DNA of 64,000 bases from sequence record ON190025.1. The stretch is one strand, 5' to 3'. Position numbers and translations under genes: made by a program. Numbering within the stretch: position 1 is the first letter of the stretch; each line of letters opens with the position of its first letter. The notes beneath the pieces are model-generated. The model saw nothing but the letters and a program-made list of their open reading frames with translations, did no database searches and had not been told where the DNA came from. Below, piece by piece: positions 42,686 to 53,466 of the stretch.

Positions 42686-44932
42686 ATGAAACAGACGATC
42701 AACGTCGGACAAATTGTTGATGATGGTACCGGTGATTACCTACGAGCAGGCGGTATCAAGACCCGTGACAACTTCGACGAAATATACAGTCAATTAGGCG
42801 ACGGTAGCAGATTATATGCTGCCGGTGCTTGGCGCAATTGGAAATTTGCATCTACATATCTAAACGGTGATACATCGTACAACCCTGCTAACGCTGAACT
42901 GTATTTCGACGAGAACGGCGATGGTCAGGGACCTGAATTGCGCGTAAGCTTTGGTGAATCATGGACTATCGATACGTCACTGGGTCCAGTTGATGTATAT
43001 CTACCTAGTGGTGTTGAAGAAGCAGACTACGGTAAAGCGATTCGTTTACGTGACGTTAAAGGCACATGGTCTAAGCAGCTTGTAACAGTATACCCAGACC
43101 CTAAAGACTCGATAAAACGTGTCGCAGGTTCAACTCAAAACGACTTAGGTTCTGGCGCGGAATTCGGGAATGCATATCAAGATCTTGAGCTTGTATTCAC
43201 CCCACCACGTCATTGGGAATATGTTGCACAGAAATACGTAAACGGTTTGACATTCGGTGACATCCCTAGTGTTCTACGTCGAGCAATCATCGCACGACAA
43301 GATCAGCGTGACTTCAACGTATCACTTGAATTAAATGGCGGGTTATACAATCAAGCTGCGGTAGAAGTGTATCGTCGTGGTAACTTGTTATACTTCGGTG
43401 ACGAACTTAGCGACTTCAGCGACTATGGTTCAATCCCGCTTCACACTGTTGAAGCATGGGTATCAAACAACCCAGAAACATATCACGTTGGTGATTTAGT
43501 ACGAGGTGACGCTGTTACAGGTCGTGATGACCGCATCTGGCAATGTCTAGAAGAACACAACAGCATCGGCGCATGGGAAGAGTCTAAATGGGCTGAATTC
43601 GCAGATTTCCCAGAGTATGTAGACCACGTAGGTAGTACTGCATATGCAGTTGGTGATATCGTAACTCAAGACCACAATGGTTACTCTCAGACATTTGAAT
43701 GTTTGATTTCACATACATCAGCATCGGGATATACAGATCTAACGGCTGATTCTCGTTGGAGACAGTTGACAAACGATGATCTAGCTCCGCTTGACGGTAG
43801 AACGATTCGTTTGCGTTTGGCTGCAAATGACGCTGACCCAATTGCGTTTATCACATACTTGAGTGACGTGTCGAGCTTCCGTAGTAGCTACGTTTTAAAA
43901 TCAATTAAAGTAATCGACCAAAACAACTACGCGGTAGACGAATCACCGGGACAAATCGTACGTAAAGATTTCGTACCTGACATGCAAATCACGTTGAGTG
44001 ATTTCGGTCTTCCTGATTATACGCAGTTTAACACCGAAACACTAGAAGTTTTAGTCAATGGTTCTCAGTTAACCAAGTCGAATACAGCAGGTAATGGTGA
44101 TAGTCTAGCAGGCGGTGAGTATGATTACGATTATATTCAAGACTCGGAAGGTCGTTGGAATACGATTGTTTTCGCCGACCCGTTAATCGATAGCGACATT
44201 GTAACAGTTCGTTGGTATGACAACGTAATCGGTACATTGCTTACATGGGATGACGGCGACGATAACTTGCAACAAAGAACTCGTGAGATTTTCGTATCGC
44301 GTGACGATTGGGCAGACGTACGACGTTCAAACAAGATCATGTACACCGACCCGCAAAACCCATCAGCGGCAGTAACTGAAGTTCTGCCAGACTCTGAGAC
44401 GTTTGCACCGGGCGGTACGCTGACATCACTGTTTGAAAGTATCTTCCCTATTGGCTCGGTATACACAAATGCAAACAACCCGAATAACCCAGCCGATTAT
44501 ATGGGATTTGGTACATGGGTTCGATATGCAGAAGGGCGTACAGTCGTGGGTTGGAACCCAAATGACGACGGTAAGTTCCATCGAAACAATAACAATGAAA
44601 ATATCGTTCAAGCAGGTGGTACGGGTGGTTCGATTGGTGTGACTCTCACTCAAGAGAATATACCCGAGCTAATCAGTACAACAAACCCAGATTACGCGAA
44701 TGATTCTTCACGTGATATTAACAACATCACCGAACAATACAGTTTAGTTGCACGTTCAGCTACTTCAGGCGGTGACATTAACTTGAATGGTTGTTTAGGC
44801 GACCCTGAAAACACTACGCCACTAGCTTACTACAAAGAAGAGCCAATCAAGGTCAATCATGGTCAGGTGGCTCAGGCGGTTGACGTAACTCAGCCATATA
44901 TCACTGCATACACTTGGATAAGGACTGCATAA
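42686..44932 (+). CDS. 10: Baseplate wedge / tail pin gp10
   Basis: VDDGTGDYLRAGGIK N-terminus; FPIGSVY, QPYITAYTWIRTA C-terminus. Confidence 0.93.
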   Translation: MKQTINVGQIVDDGTGDYLRAGGIKTRDNFDEIYSQLGDGSRLYAAGAWRNWKFASTYLNGDTSYNPANAELYFDENGDGQGPELRVSFGESWTIDTSLGPVDVYLPSGVEEADYGKAIRLRDVKGTWSKQLVTVYPDPKDSIKRVAGSTQNDLGSGAEFGNAYQDLELVFTPPRHWEYVAQKYVNGLTFGDIPSVLRRAIIARQDQRDFNVSLELNGGLYNQAAVEVYRRGNLLYFGDELSDFSDYGSIPLHTVEAWVSNNPETYHVGDLVRGDAVTGRDDRIWQCLEEHNSIGAWEESKWAEFADFPEYVDHVGSTAYAVGDIVTQDHNGYSQTFECLISHTSASGYTDLTADSRWRQLTNDDLAPLDGRTIRLRLAANDADPIAFITYLSDVSSFRSSYVLKSIKVIDQNNYAVDESPGQIVRKDFVPDMQITLSDFGLPDYTQFNTETLEVLVNGSQLTKSNTAGNGDSLAGGEYDYDYIQDSEGRWNTIVFADPLIDSDIVTVRWYDNVIGTLLTWDDGDDNLQQRTREIFVSRDDWADVRRSNKIMYTDPQNPSAAVTEVLPDSETFAPGGTLTSLFESIFPIGSVYTNANNPNNPADYMGFGTWVRYAEGRTVVGWNPNDDGKFHRNNNNENIVQAGGTGGSIGVTLTQENIPELISTTNPDYANDSSRDINNITEQYSLVARSATSGGDINLNGCLGDPENTTPLAYYKEEPIKVNHGQVAQAVDVTQPYITAYTWIRTA

Positions 44933-45618
44933 TGACGACTAAAGCAAGACATGCGTCACAAGTGTGGAGTAATGACTCACGCATGAAAGTTTTCGATCAA
45001 GATGCGATTAGCGACTCGGGATTATTCCCGGGTGATCGCTTCAATTTCCGCGGTGCGGTATTGGGCGATTCGACAGTCGATGAGATTCAAGACGGTGCGT
45101 GGGACCCAAACGTGCAAGCTGCGATTATGCAGCTTGCTATGGCAGCAATTATGCCAGTAGGGACAATCATTGCTTCAACTGACGCTTCGAACCCATTCAA
45201 CACAAATCAATTTAATGAAACGATTACGTACAACGGTACATCGGGAGTTGAATACATAACGCTATACGGTGTTCCTGTTCAACTAGAAGTAGGCGATTCT
45301 GATAACGATATTGCAGAGAAAGTGTTCACTGCGTTACTAGAATCAGATCTGTTTGACATGGTTCCGACAGATCATGTACCACCATCAAATACGTTTCTTT
45401 TGAAGCACCGAAGCTCAAGACCGCACAATACAGCGTACACAGCGACGTTTGCAGACATTCTAGACCCTTTAGGGGCACCAACTGGGATTCAAGCGAAAAG
45501 CGTTGTCACGGGTACATCAGACGGTCAGACGAGCCTTGGTTACGGTGAGTGGGAATTATATCACACTGATTCAACTACATTCACAGACCCTGTATATTAT
45601 TACAGAAGGATTGCATAA
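44932..45618 (+). CDS. 11: Baseplate short-fibre connector gp11
   Basis: KARHASQV, MPVGTII, YYYRRIA; synteny. Confidence 0.85.
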   Translation: MTTKARHASQVWSNDSRMKVFDQDAISDSGLFPGDRFNFRGAVLGDSTVDEIQDGAWDPNVQAAIMQLAMAAIMPVGTIIASTDASNPFNTNQFNETITYNGTSGVEYITLYGVPVQLEVGDSDNDIAEKVFTALLESDLFDMVPTDHVPPSNTFLLKHRSSRPHNTAYTATFADILDPLGAPTGIQAKSVVTGTSDGQTSLGYGEWELYHTDSTTFTDPVYYYRRIA

Positions 45619-47156
45619 TGTCAGGAACAAACATATTCACGCACGCTAGTGATGCAGCGCAATATGTTTACCTACAGCCCTTCACATCGCCTGGTTCAGC
45701 GTTTGAGTCAGGCGGTGATGTGCAGAGTATAATGGAGCTATTTGACGATAGCGCATTAGCACCACTTCCGTCACTTCCGTATGCGACAACGACTGAGGCT
45801 GGTATTGTTGAGTACGCAACTCAAACAGAAGCTAATGCACTTGACGACTTATTAACTGTAATCACACCAGCGTCACTAGACGGGGTTGATCAGTTCGTGT
45901 CACCAGCAACCAGTACTCAGTTAGGTAATCTACAAGAATTGCGTAATACTGATTTGACAAGAACATATTCGTCATCAGATGCAAGTCGTTTGCTGTCATA
46001 TCGCCGTCTAAATGAAATGATGACGACTCGTAATGCACTAGCAGATGACACAACAAACGAATCACAAGGTTTTGCTGAGTTTGCAAATCTAAGCGAAACT
46101 TTAGCATATAACCCTGATCGATTCATTTCTCCACTTAGAACGTGGAACTTAATTAAAGCAGAGATACCAAACCCTTGGGCTCAAGCGACAGAAACATACA
46201 CGGGCGTGCTTCGTACTGTAGCAGAACGAGACGGGTATAAATCAGACGGTTCGATTGCAATTACAGTTAAAGGTCTTAATTACGTTAAAGCGACGACATC
46301 TAAGCGTGGTGCATTCAAATTAACACAGAACAACTATGACCGTAATGCAAGCGATTCAGATGAATATGCTATAACTCCCGGTACAATTGACAATCTAATA
46401 GCGACACCGACTAAGCACGGGTTCTTTGAACTACCAAGCTCGTATGTAAACGACTCAACGAAAGCCACAAGTGCTGCACTTGGTGTTGATTTGAATACAC
46501 TATTGGGCCCAGACGGTGGTACAATTACTGGTGTTTTGAAGTGCGACAACATTTACACAAACATCATTTCTCGTCAAAAGCAGAGCAGCTATGGTGGAAC
46601 ATATTACACAACTGTGCGAGAGCAGAGAGAAATGTTCCCAAACAACCAATTAGACGCGAAGATCGGTCTCGAAGGGCGCCCTGTGGGTAGTATTTTTCAC
46701 TGTACTTCATCAGTTGACCCGAATGAGATTTTCGGTGGCGTATGGTATAAGATGAGAGCAGGTCGAACTATGATGGGGCAGGGTATCGGTGATGATGGGT
46801 TCACTCGCAGATATTACGCAGCGGGTTCGTTCAGTGACATCGACCGTGTTCAGTTATACGAGAGTAATTTACCACAACACCAACACGCAGGTTGGGGTGA
46901 AGCATATACAGGCTCACGCGAGGGGTGTATTCGCTACGAAACTCATCGAAGCCCGTATGGTGTAACATATACGTGTGATGAATATAATACTGTCAGTTAC
47001 TGGAGATTCGGTATAACAGGTTCGCGTAATAATCCCGGTTCGAAATCTACTGATCGTGATAATTACATGTATTACAACGAAGCAGTTGGTGGTAATGAGC
47101 CGCATGAGAATATGATGCCATACTACCCAGTTTACATTTGGAGACGAGTTAAATGA
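45618..47156 (+). CDS. 12: Short tail fibre gp12, paralogue 1
   Basis: ATTTEAGIVEYAT repeats, collar domain, HQH, PHENMMPYYPVYIWRRVK. Confidence 0.85.
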   Translation: MSGTNIFTHASDAAQYVYLQPFTSPGSAFESGGDVQSIMELFDDSALAPLPSLPYATTTEAGIVEYATQTEANALDDLLTVITPASLDGVDQFVSPATSTQLGNLQELRNTDLTRTYSSSDASRLLSYRRLNEMMTTRNALADDTTNESQGFAEFANLSETLAYNPDRFISPLRTWNLIKAEIPNPWAQATETYTGVLRTVAERDGYKSDGSIAITVKGLNYVKATTSKRGAFKLTQNNYDRNASDSDEYAITPGTIDNLIATPTKHGFFELPSSYVNDSTKATSAALGVDLNTLLGPDGGTITGVLKCDNIYTNIISRQKQSSYGGTYYTTVREQREMFPNNQLDAKIGLEGRPVGSIFHCTSSVDPNEIFGGVWYKMRAGRTMMGQGIGDDGFTRRYYAAGSFSDIDRVQLYESNLPQHQHAGWGEAYTGSREGCIRYETHRSPYGVTYTCDEYNTVSYWRFGITGSRNNPGSKSTDRDNYMYYNEAVGGNEPHENMMPYYPVYIWRRVK

Positions 47157-48580
47157 GCAAAGGAACTCAAATTTTCAATCACGTGATTGACGATGCGGGT
47201 ACGGTTACAGTTGAAGTCGAAGGTACTTCCTTTGATGGTCTTACTGGGGGTAATAACGATCTCCAAACGTGTCTTGAGCTTGTACAAGCTCATGCACTTC
47301 AACCATTACCCGATTACCCTATAGCATCAACATCTGTCGCAGGTATTACACTATTAAGTGATAATTCAGCAGTTGTCGATGAGCTTAATGACACTAGCGC
47401 AGTGACACCATCAGCCTTAAATTATTGGATGGAAAATCACGCGACTGCAACAGAACTTCAATATGGCTTCGTGAAGCTAATCACAAACAGCACGATTGAT
47501 AATATTGACCCGACAGCCGCAGTAGAAGAAGCTCAGAAGCACGCATTCACGCTTAAAACATTGAACTATGCGTTGAATACTCGTTTCTATGCAACCGAAT
47601 CTGCACCGGGTGCAGTGCGTCTAGCGACATATGCACAAGCAACGACGACTGGTACATTATCTGATAGTGTAGCGATGACTCCTCAGAGAGTTAAAGAAAT
47701 GCTTGACGTGTGGGCGAATACTACAGCATCAGATGCCACAGAAACGACGAAAGGGTTGATTCGATTAGCAAACGGAACTGAAGTAAACAGCACATCAGTA
47801 TCAGAAAACAATTTAGCGATTTCACCGTATCGATTCAATGAACGTACAGCAACAACTACTAGAAAGGCAGGGTTCTATCTACCGAACTCAACAGTTGCAA
47901 ATGCGCGTACATCTAACGATCATGCAGTTACAGTCGGTACATTAGATTTATTCACTGCGACTAGCTCACGTGTCGGTGTTGCGAAACTTGCAAACAATCT
48001 AACAACAAACGACGCGACTCAAGCACTAAGTGCGGCAATGGGTTATAAGTTGAATAATGAAAAGATTGGGGTTTCAGGCGGGACAGTAACTGGTACATTG
48101 AAAATCGACGATGTTCAATCTGTAAGTGGTACTCAGTTAATGACGAATGGTCTGATTGAATCATCAGCCATGTTGAATATGTACCCTGTTGGTGCTATTT
48201 ACATGTCACTTGAATCTACATCACCAGCTACGCTATTCGGCGGGACATGGTCTAGAATTGCAGAAGGTCGTGTGCTTGTATCTGAAGGTACACATGGTGG
48301 TAGAACATTCAACGTCGGTCAAACAGGCGGCGAATACGAAGTTATCTTAACTGAAGAAACAATGCCAACTCACAAACACGCAGGTTGGGGTGAACGTTGG
48401 ACTTACGGTGGGAACGGTTTGGGATTTGGAATTGCGTATCAATACGGTCGTAACAACCCAGGTTCAGGTCGCACTGATAATGACAACTACTTGTATTACT
48501 CATCACCAGAAGGTGGTGGTCAACCACATAATAACGTACAGCCATACTATACTGTTTACATGTGGGAAAGAACTGCATAA
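47153..48580 (+). CDS. 12: Short tail fibre gp12, paralogue 2
   Basis: ATETTKGLIRLA repeats, YPVGAIY collar, HKH, PHNNVQPYYTVYMWERTA. Confidence 0.85.
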   Translation: MSKGTQIFNHVIDDAGTVTVEVEGTSFDGLTGGNNDLQTCLELVQAHALQPLPDYPIASTSVAGITLLSDNSAVVDELNDTSAVTPSALNYWMENHATATELQYGFVKLITNSTIDNIDPTAAVEEAQKHAFTLKTLNYALNTRFYATESAPGAVRLATYAQATTTGTLSDSVAMTPQRVKEMLDVWANTTASDATETTKGLIRLANGTEVNSTSVSENNLAISPYRFNERTATTTRKAGFYLPNSTVANARTSNDHAVTVGTLDLFTATSSRVGVAKLANNLTTNDATQALSAAMGYKLNNEKIGVSGGTVTGTLKIDDVQSVSGTQLMTNGLIESSAMLNMYPVGAIYMSLESTSPATLFGGTWSRIAEGRVLVSEGTHGGRTFNVGQTGGEYEVILTEETMPTHKHAGWGERWTYGGNGLGFGIAYQYGRNNPGSGRTDNDNYLYYSSPEGGGQPHNNVQPYYTVYMWERTA

Positions 48581-48620
48581 AGACAAGCATATTATAGCTT
48601 GAAAGTCAATGCTAATAAAC

Positions 48621-48648
48621 GGGTGAGATTGATTTCTCACCCTTTTTT
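48621..48648 (+). terminator. Terminator after gene 12
   Basis: GGGTGAGA/TCTCACCC plus T6. Confidence 0.85.
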
Positions 48649-48652
48649 ATAT

Positions 48653-48753
48653 TAGCGCAGCGAAGAAAATGGCAAGAGGCGGAAAAATTCCGTCTCATCT
48701 TAGTAGTATTAGTGGTTTTAGTGAAGTTAGGGATATTAGTATGATTAGTATTA
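48653..48753 (+). repeat. Origin-like element B, inverted homologue of element A
   Basis: TTAG at 48700, 48709, 48718, 48727, 48736, 48745; hairpin GAGGCGG-AAAAATT-CCGTCTC. Confidence 0.8.
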
Positions 48754-48830
48754 AATACGTGTTTAAAACCATGAATATGCTTGCTATTATTAACACATAA
48801 AGACATTCCCTCCCTGTTTCTTTGTATTGC

Positions 48831-48838
48831 TATAAATA
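48831..48838 (+). promoter_or_regulatory. T4 late promoter (wac)
   Basis: TATAAATA. Confidence 0.8.
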
Positions 48839-48877
48839 GTAGTAAGCTATGTTCATTTACAATACAAGGGAACAAAA

Positions 48878-50560
48878 ATGACAATTCAAAAGCCTATCAT
48901 TGAAGAGCTTAGATATGTAAATGGTCAACCAGATCCTTCTCAACGTCCCGATCAGACTCGAATCAATTGGGCTAAGAACGGTGAAAGCATCAACGGTGCT
49001 ACTGGTGACACGACTTCAGACGGTGTATTAAACCGCGCAGGAGTACAGATTCAAGAAAACGTTCTAAACTCTCATTACAACACAAAAGCACAGCAAAACG
49101 CAATTGAAGAACTTGTTGATACTGTTAACGAACTGACAGGTGGCGGTGACGCTAACTTGGGTGCTCGTGTGGCTCAAAACGAGTTTGATATTGATGTACT
49201 TGAAGGTCAAATGACTAACGTCATTGATGACATCGGTGTACCGAGTAGCGTTGACGTACTTGCAACAGGTCTGCATAAAGGCATCGAAGATGTTGAATCA
49301 GATATTGGTGTTCGTAACAGCCTAGATATTCCAAACGAAGTTGAAAACAACGATACAGTTCGTAAAGATCTATATTTCATCAAGCGTCGTATTGGTAATG
49401 ACCGTAACTACGATGTCAACGGCAACCCATCGCCTAGTACAAACCCAACTGGTATGAAATATCAGATTGAAGATCTGTACAACAAAACAGCTACGATCAA
49501 CGCTGAAATTGGCGAGAACGCAATCCCGCTTTCAATCAACGGTCGTTTATACGAACTAGAGCAAAACTCACAAGTTGGTTCTGTTGATCAGATTCGTGAT
49601 GAACTAGGTGAAACGGCAGATGCCGACCCTGCTCGTCCCGTGTATCTTCGTCTTGATGATGCTGAAAGTTCTATTTCAGACAATGCATCAGATATTGCAT
49701 TATTACAACAGGAAGTTGAGACACCGACTACAGGTCTACTTGATCGCGTTAGCGCGAATGAAGTTACAATTGCAGATAATCAGTCACAGATTGGCTCCGT
49801 TACTAATTTATTTATTGAAATGTCAACTGATATCGGTTCATACGCAGTAGATGACGTGTACTCGGGTAGCATGAAAGCTCGTCTATCGACGTTTAACGAC
49901 GATATCAATAGCTTGTGGGGTCGTTTAGGGGCTACTGACGCAGAAACTGGCACAGTGTCTTACAGAGTGTCACAGCTTGAGTCTAGTCTAGGTGAGCGTA
50001 CAAACCCTGTTGAATTCACTGCATGGTACACGATTCAAGAAAACCGTGGCTTAGTTGAATCTGCTCAGGCAGACGTTGACGGTCTATTGGCTGTAGTTGG
50101 TCAGAGTGATAGCGAAGTGGGTACATTGCGTGCTCGTGTTCTGGAACTTGAAGCACAGTTGGATCATGCATTATTGTCTTCGGATACTCCGAGTACAGTT
50201 GATTTGACAACTACACCTACAGATGTATTCAGTTTATTCAATCTTGAGACAGACGTGAGTGGTTACACGTATGCAGGTGGTGTATTGACACGTAACGGTC
50301 TATCATTGAGCAAAACGATGTCTATTCATTGGGTTGTTGTTTCACCAGTAAACACTACAATCACGATTCGAATTGATTTCGATCATGATAACGGCACAAG
50401 CTCATCAATCGAGAAAACACGTACGCTTCGTGCAAACCAAGTTACTCCAGTTACAATCACTAACGTTGCGAATCTAGATGACTTGAGTGAGATTCGAGTA
50501 TTGGCTAGTACAGCGGCTAACGTTACTATCGACCATGAATCATTTGTACTAAAAGTATAA
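48878..50560 (+). CDS. wac: Fibritin (whisker/collar)
   Basis: LRYVNGQP...QTRINWAKNGE...GVLNR N-terminus, segmented coiled coil. Confidence 0.92.
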   Translation: MTIQKPIIEELRYVNGQPDPSQRPDQTRINWAKNGESINGATGDTTSDGVLNRAGVQIQENVLNSHYNTKAQQNAIEELVDTVNELTGGGDANLGARVAQNEFDIDVLEGQMTNVIDDIGVPSSVDVLATGLHKGIEDVESDIGVRNSLDIPNEVENNDTVRKDLYFIKRRIGNDRNYDVNGNPSPSTNPTGMKYQIEDLYNKTATINAEIGENAIPLSINGRLYELEQNSQVGSVDQIRDELGETADADPARPVYLRLDDAESSISDNASDIALLQQEVETPTTGLLDRVSANEVTIADNQSQIGSVTNLFIEMSTDIGSYAVDDVYSGSMKARLSTFNDDINSLWGRLGATDAETGTVSYRVSQLESSLGERTNPVEFTAWYTIQENRGLVESAQADVDGLLAVVGQSDSEVGTLRARVLELEAQLDHALLSSDTPSTVDLTTTPTDVFSLFNLETDVSGYTYAGGVLTRNGLSLSKTMSIHWVVVSPVNTTITIRIDFDHDNGTSSSIEKTRTLRANQVTPVTITNVANLDDLSEIRVLASTAANVTIDHESFVLKV

Positions 50561-50570
50561 GGGGTAAGTT

Positions 50571-51500
50571 ATGCAAGCGTATAACGCTACATCGCCTCGT
50601 GAAATGAAAGATTTGATTTTAAGGCGCCTTGGTGCGCCTATTGTCAATGTCGAAGTATCTGAAGATCAGATATACGACTGCATTTCACGTGCGCTAGAAC
50701 TTTACATTGAATATCACCCAGACGGGGTGAACAAAACATATTCTATCATTTCATTGTCTGAAGAACAAGCTCAAACAGGTATCATAGATCTTGATATCCC
50801 TGCGACTGCGATCACAAAAATTTTGCGCGGTGAGAGTAGCTTCTTCACAATGGACGGGACTGCGACATACTCATGGTTCAGCGACTTTTTACAAGGTCTC
50901 GCGGGCGGTGCAGGACAAGGTTCATGCAATTCGTATCATCAAGGTATGTTAGGTGGTAGTGGTGGCGGTTTAAGTGATTATTGGAACTTGATGTCATACA
51001 AAAGTTTGATGATGGACTTAATGTCACCAGAACACGATTACTGGTATAATGGTGTTAACAAACAATTGCGCATCAATGCCAATTTGCAACCGAATGAAGT
51101 TGTTGTAGTCGAAGCATATGTTCCTAGTGCATTGTTAGTTTCTGAATCTGCGACTGGTATCATCGGTAACAAAGCAGCAACAATTGGTTCATATGAAGAC
51201 ACTACAGCGCAAGAGCGTTGGGATGACCCGTATGCGATTCTAAGACAGAATAACACAATCGGTAACCCTAACCAGTTCGCTGAACAGAACGCATATTCGG
51301 TGCGTTGGGTTAAAGACATGGCTACTGCTATGGTTAAACAGCTTAACGGTACGATTCTGAAGAAGCACCAAGGGCTTCAATTACCAGGTGGTATTACAGT
51401 AGACGGTAAAGAGATTTACGCAGAGGCAGAAGAAGAAATGAATCGCTTGCGTGAAGAACTTATGTCACTGACCGTTCCGCTTGGCGTATTCATGGGGTGA
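50571..51500 (+). CDS. 13: Neck protein gp13
   Basis: LKDLILRRLGAPIVNVEV-like motif, LPGGITVDG. Confidence 0.95.
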   Translation: MQAYNATSPREMKDLILRRLGAPIVNVEVSEDQIYDCISRALELYIEYHPDGVNKTYSIISLSEEQAQTGIIDLDIPATAITKILRGESSFFTMDGTATYSWFSDFLQGLAGGAGQGSCNSYHQGMLGGSGGGLSDYWNLMSYKSLMMDLMSPEHDYWYNGVNKQLRINANLQPNEVVVVEAYVPSALLVSESATGIIGNKAATIGSYEDTTAQERWDDPYAILRQNNTIGNPNQFAEQNAYSVRWVKDMATAMVKQLNGTILKKHQGLQLPGGITVDGKEIYAEAEEEMNRLREELMSLTVPLGVFMG

Positions 51501-51503
51501 TTT

Positions 51504-52343
51504 ATGGGAGCATACGACGACAATACAGGTGGTATGTTCGCTAAGTTGGAAAGTCAAAAAGGGTTTGACAAGATCTACAATGATCATTTAGTCAACCCTT
51601 ATTTCAACTGGGTAAATCATACCAACGAACAGAATTTAACAGACATGCTTGTTGCAGAGTCTATCATCAACCGTGGCGTTGAATGTGTTTACATTCGACG
51701 TGAAATGCAAAACGTCGACCTTGTATTCGGCGAAGATCCGTTGAGTAAATTTACAAAGAACTTCAGAATGGCGTTGTATGTTGAATCATTTGACGGCTGG
51801 GATGGCGACGGCGATTGGTATAGTAAGTTCGGCTTTCAAGTTAACGATGAAATGAATGTCTGTATCAACCCAAAACTGTTCGCTCAACAAGGAGATGGCA
51901 ATCAACCGCTAATGGGTGACTTGATATATTTCCCTCTTGCTAACAGTCTATTTGAGATTAGTTGGGTTGAAAGAGAAGACCCGTGGTATATGAATGGTGT
52001 TTTGCCTATGCGTAAGATGAAAATGACGAAATTCGTATACTCTGGTGAGGAAATCAATCTTGAGAAGCCAGACGCAGTTGTTGACTCGATTGACGACATT
52101 TTAAACTTTGGTCAAGATACTGACGAAATGATTGATATTGACAAAATCAATTCACTTGATGGTCGTTGGGACATCGGAATCGAGCAGGGTGATGAAATTA
52201 CTCAAATCGAAGATGAAGTTGAAAAATACTACGAATCTGAGCAAGTTGTGCCTCAGGGTAGTGATGTTAAACCAACAGACCCACGTCAAGAAGCACCAGT
52301 TGGGTTTAATGTAAATAACAGTAATCCATTTGACAGTTTTTAA
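51504..52343 (+). CDS. 14: Neck protein gp14
   Basis: LVFGEDPLSKF, YSKFG, GDLIYFP. Confidence 0.95.
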   Translation: MGAYDDNTGGMFAKLESQKGFDKIYNDHLVNPYFNWVNHTNEQNLTDMLVAESIINRGVECVYIRREMQNVDLVFGEDPLSKFTKNFRMALYVESFDGWDGDGDWYSKFGFQVNDEMNVCINPKLFAQQGDGNQPLMGDLIYFPLANSLFEISWVEREDPWYMNGVLPMRKMKMTKFVYSGEEINLEKPDAVVDSIDDILNFGQDTDEMIDIDKINSLDGRWDIGIEQGDEITQIEDEVEKYYESEQVVPQGSDVKPTDPRQEAPVGFNVNNSNPFDSF

Positions 52344-52352
52344 GGGGGCATC

Positions 52353-53414
52353 GTGAAAGGGTATTTCTATCACAGATCGATACGCAAATACGTTCTCTTG
52401 ATGGGAAACTTGTTCTCTAACATATACGTATCTCGCGGAGATACGTATAGAAAGGTGCCAATTACAGTTTCTTCAAAGGAGCAATTCGTTGCATCTTTGA
52501 ATAGTCAAGAGCTTAACGGCGACGGTAGCGTAGCGAATGTAGCTACGCTGCTACCAAGAATTGGCTTGGACATGGTGTCGTGTACTTATGACGCGACGAG
52601 AAAAACTAACGTTTCAAACCGTAAGCTGACACGTGATTATACGGGTGATCGACCTAAATCGAATAAGCTCTTTAACTCAGTCCCTTACGACTTTGAATTT
52701 GAAGTCAGTGTTTATACACGTCATCAAGATGATGCATTTCAAATTATAGAACAAATACTTCCTTATTTTCAACCGCAATTTAACACTATGATTAAAGAGC
52801 TTGATGAAAATGAGGTTGTAGTAGATGAGCGTGATATTCCTATTATATTAGAATCAGCCGTACCCGAAGCGACATTTGAAGGCGCGGCTGGCGATATGCG
52901 ACATATCGAATGGACATTGAACTTGCGTCTTAAAGGTTGGTTATACCCACCTACAAATGCTCAGTTCGGTGAGATTAGAACGATTTACTTGAACTTCCAA
53001 GACGAAGAGCAATCAATCATTCATGCAGAACGTGAAGCTGTTTCTAGTTCATGTGACATTGATTGGATCGTTCGTTCTCAAGTCGATGCTGCTAGTTCAA
53101 TTAGCTGGCGATATAGAATCGAATCATCATACGATGTTGATTGGAATATACGTAGTGATATAAGTAGCGACCTTGATGTTGATTGGTCGAGACGATTCAG
53201 CACGAGCGGTAATATTGATGTTGAGTATTCGACATATAGTTCAGTGAGCGCATCGAGTGAATTTGATTGGTCTACTCGCTCTACAATTGATAGCGATTAT
53301 AACATCTACTGGTATAACAGAGATGAAGTGGGCGCCTCGTACGGTGTAGTTTGGGATCATTCTCGTGAATCTGTCATTAGCTCTACTGACGTGACGTACA
53401 ACATTGAAAACTAA
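52353..53414 (+). CDS. 15: Tail sheath stabiliser gp15 with C-terminal 14 aa repeat extension
   Basis: YFYHRSIRKY, LLPRI, QIIEQILPYFQP. Confidence 0.92.
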   Translation: MKGYFYHRSIRKYVLLMGNLFSNIYVSRGDTYRKVPITVSSKEQFVASLNSQELNGDGSVANVATLLPRIGLDMVSCTYDATRKTNVSNRKLTRDYTGDRPKSNKLFNSVPYDFEFEVSVYTRHQDDAFQIIEQILPYFQPQFNTMIKELDENEVVVDERDIPIILESAVPEATFEGAAGDMRHIEWTLNLRLKGWLYPPTNAQFGEIRTIYLNFQDEEQSIIHAEREAVSSSCDIDWIVRSQVDAASSISWRYRIESSYDVDWNIRSDISSDLDVDWSRRFSTSGNIDVEYSTYSSVSASSEFDWSTRSTIDSDYNIYWYNRDEVGASYGVVWDHSRESVISSTDVTYNIEN

Positions 53415-53466
53415 TATGGTGGTCTTCTAAATATGAAGACCGTCCTTATCTTTTTGGAGAGAAATC

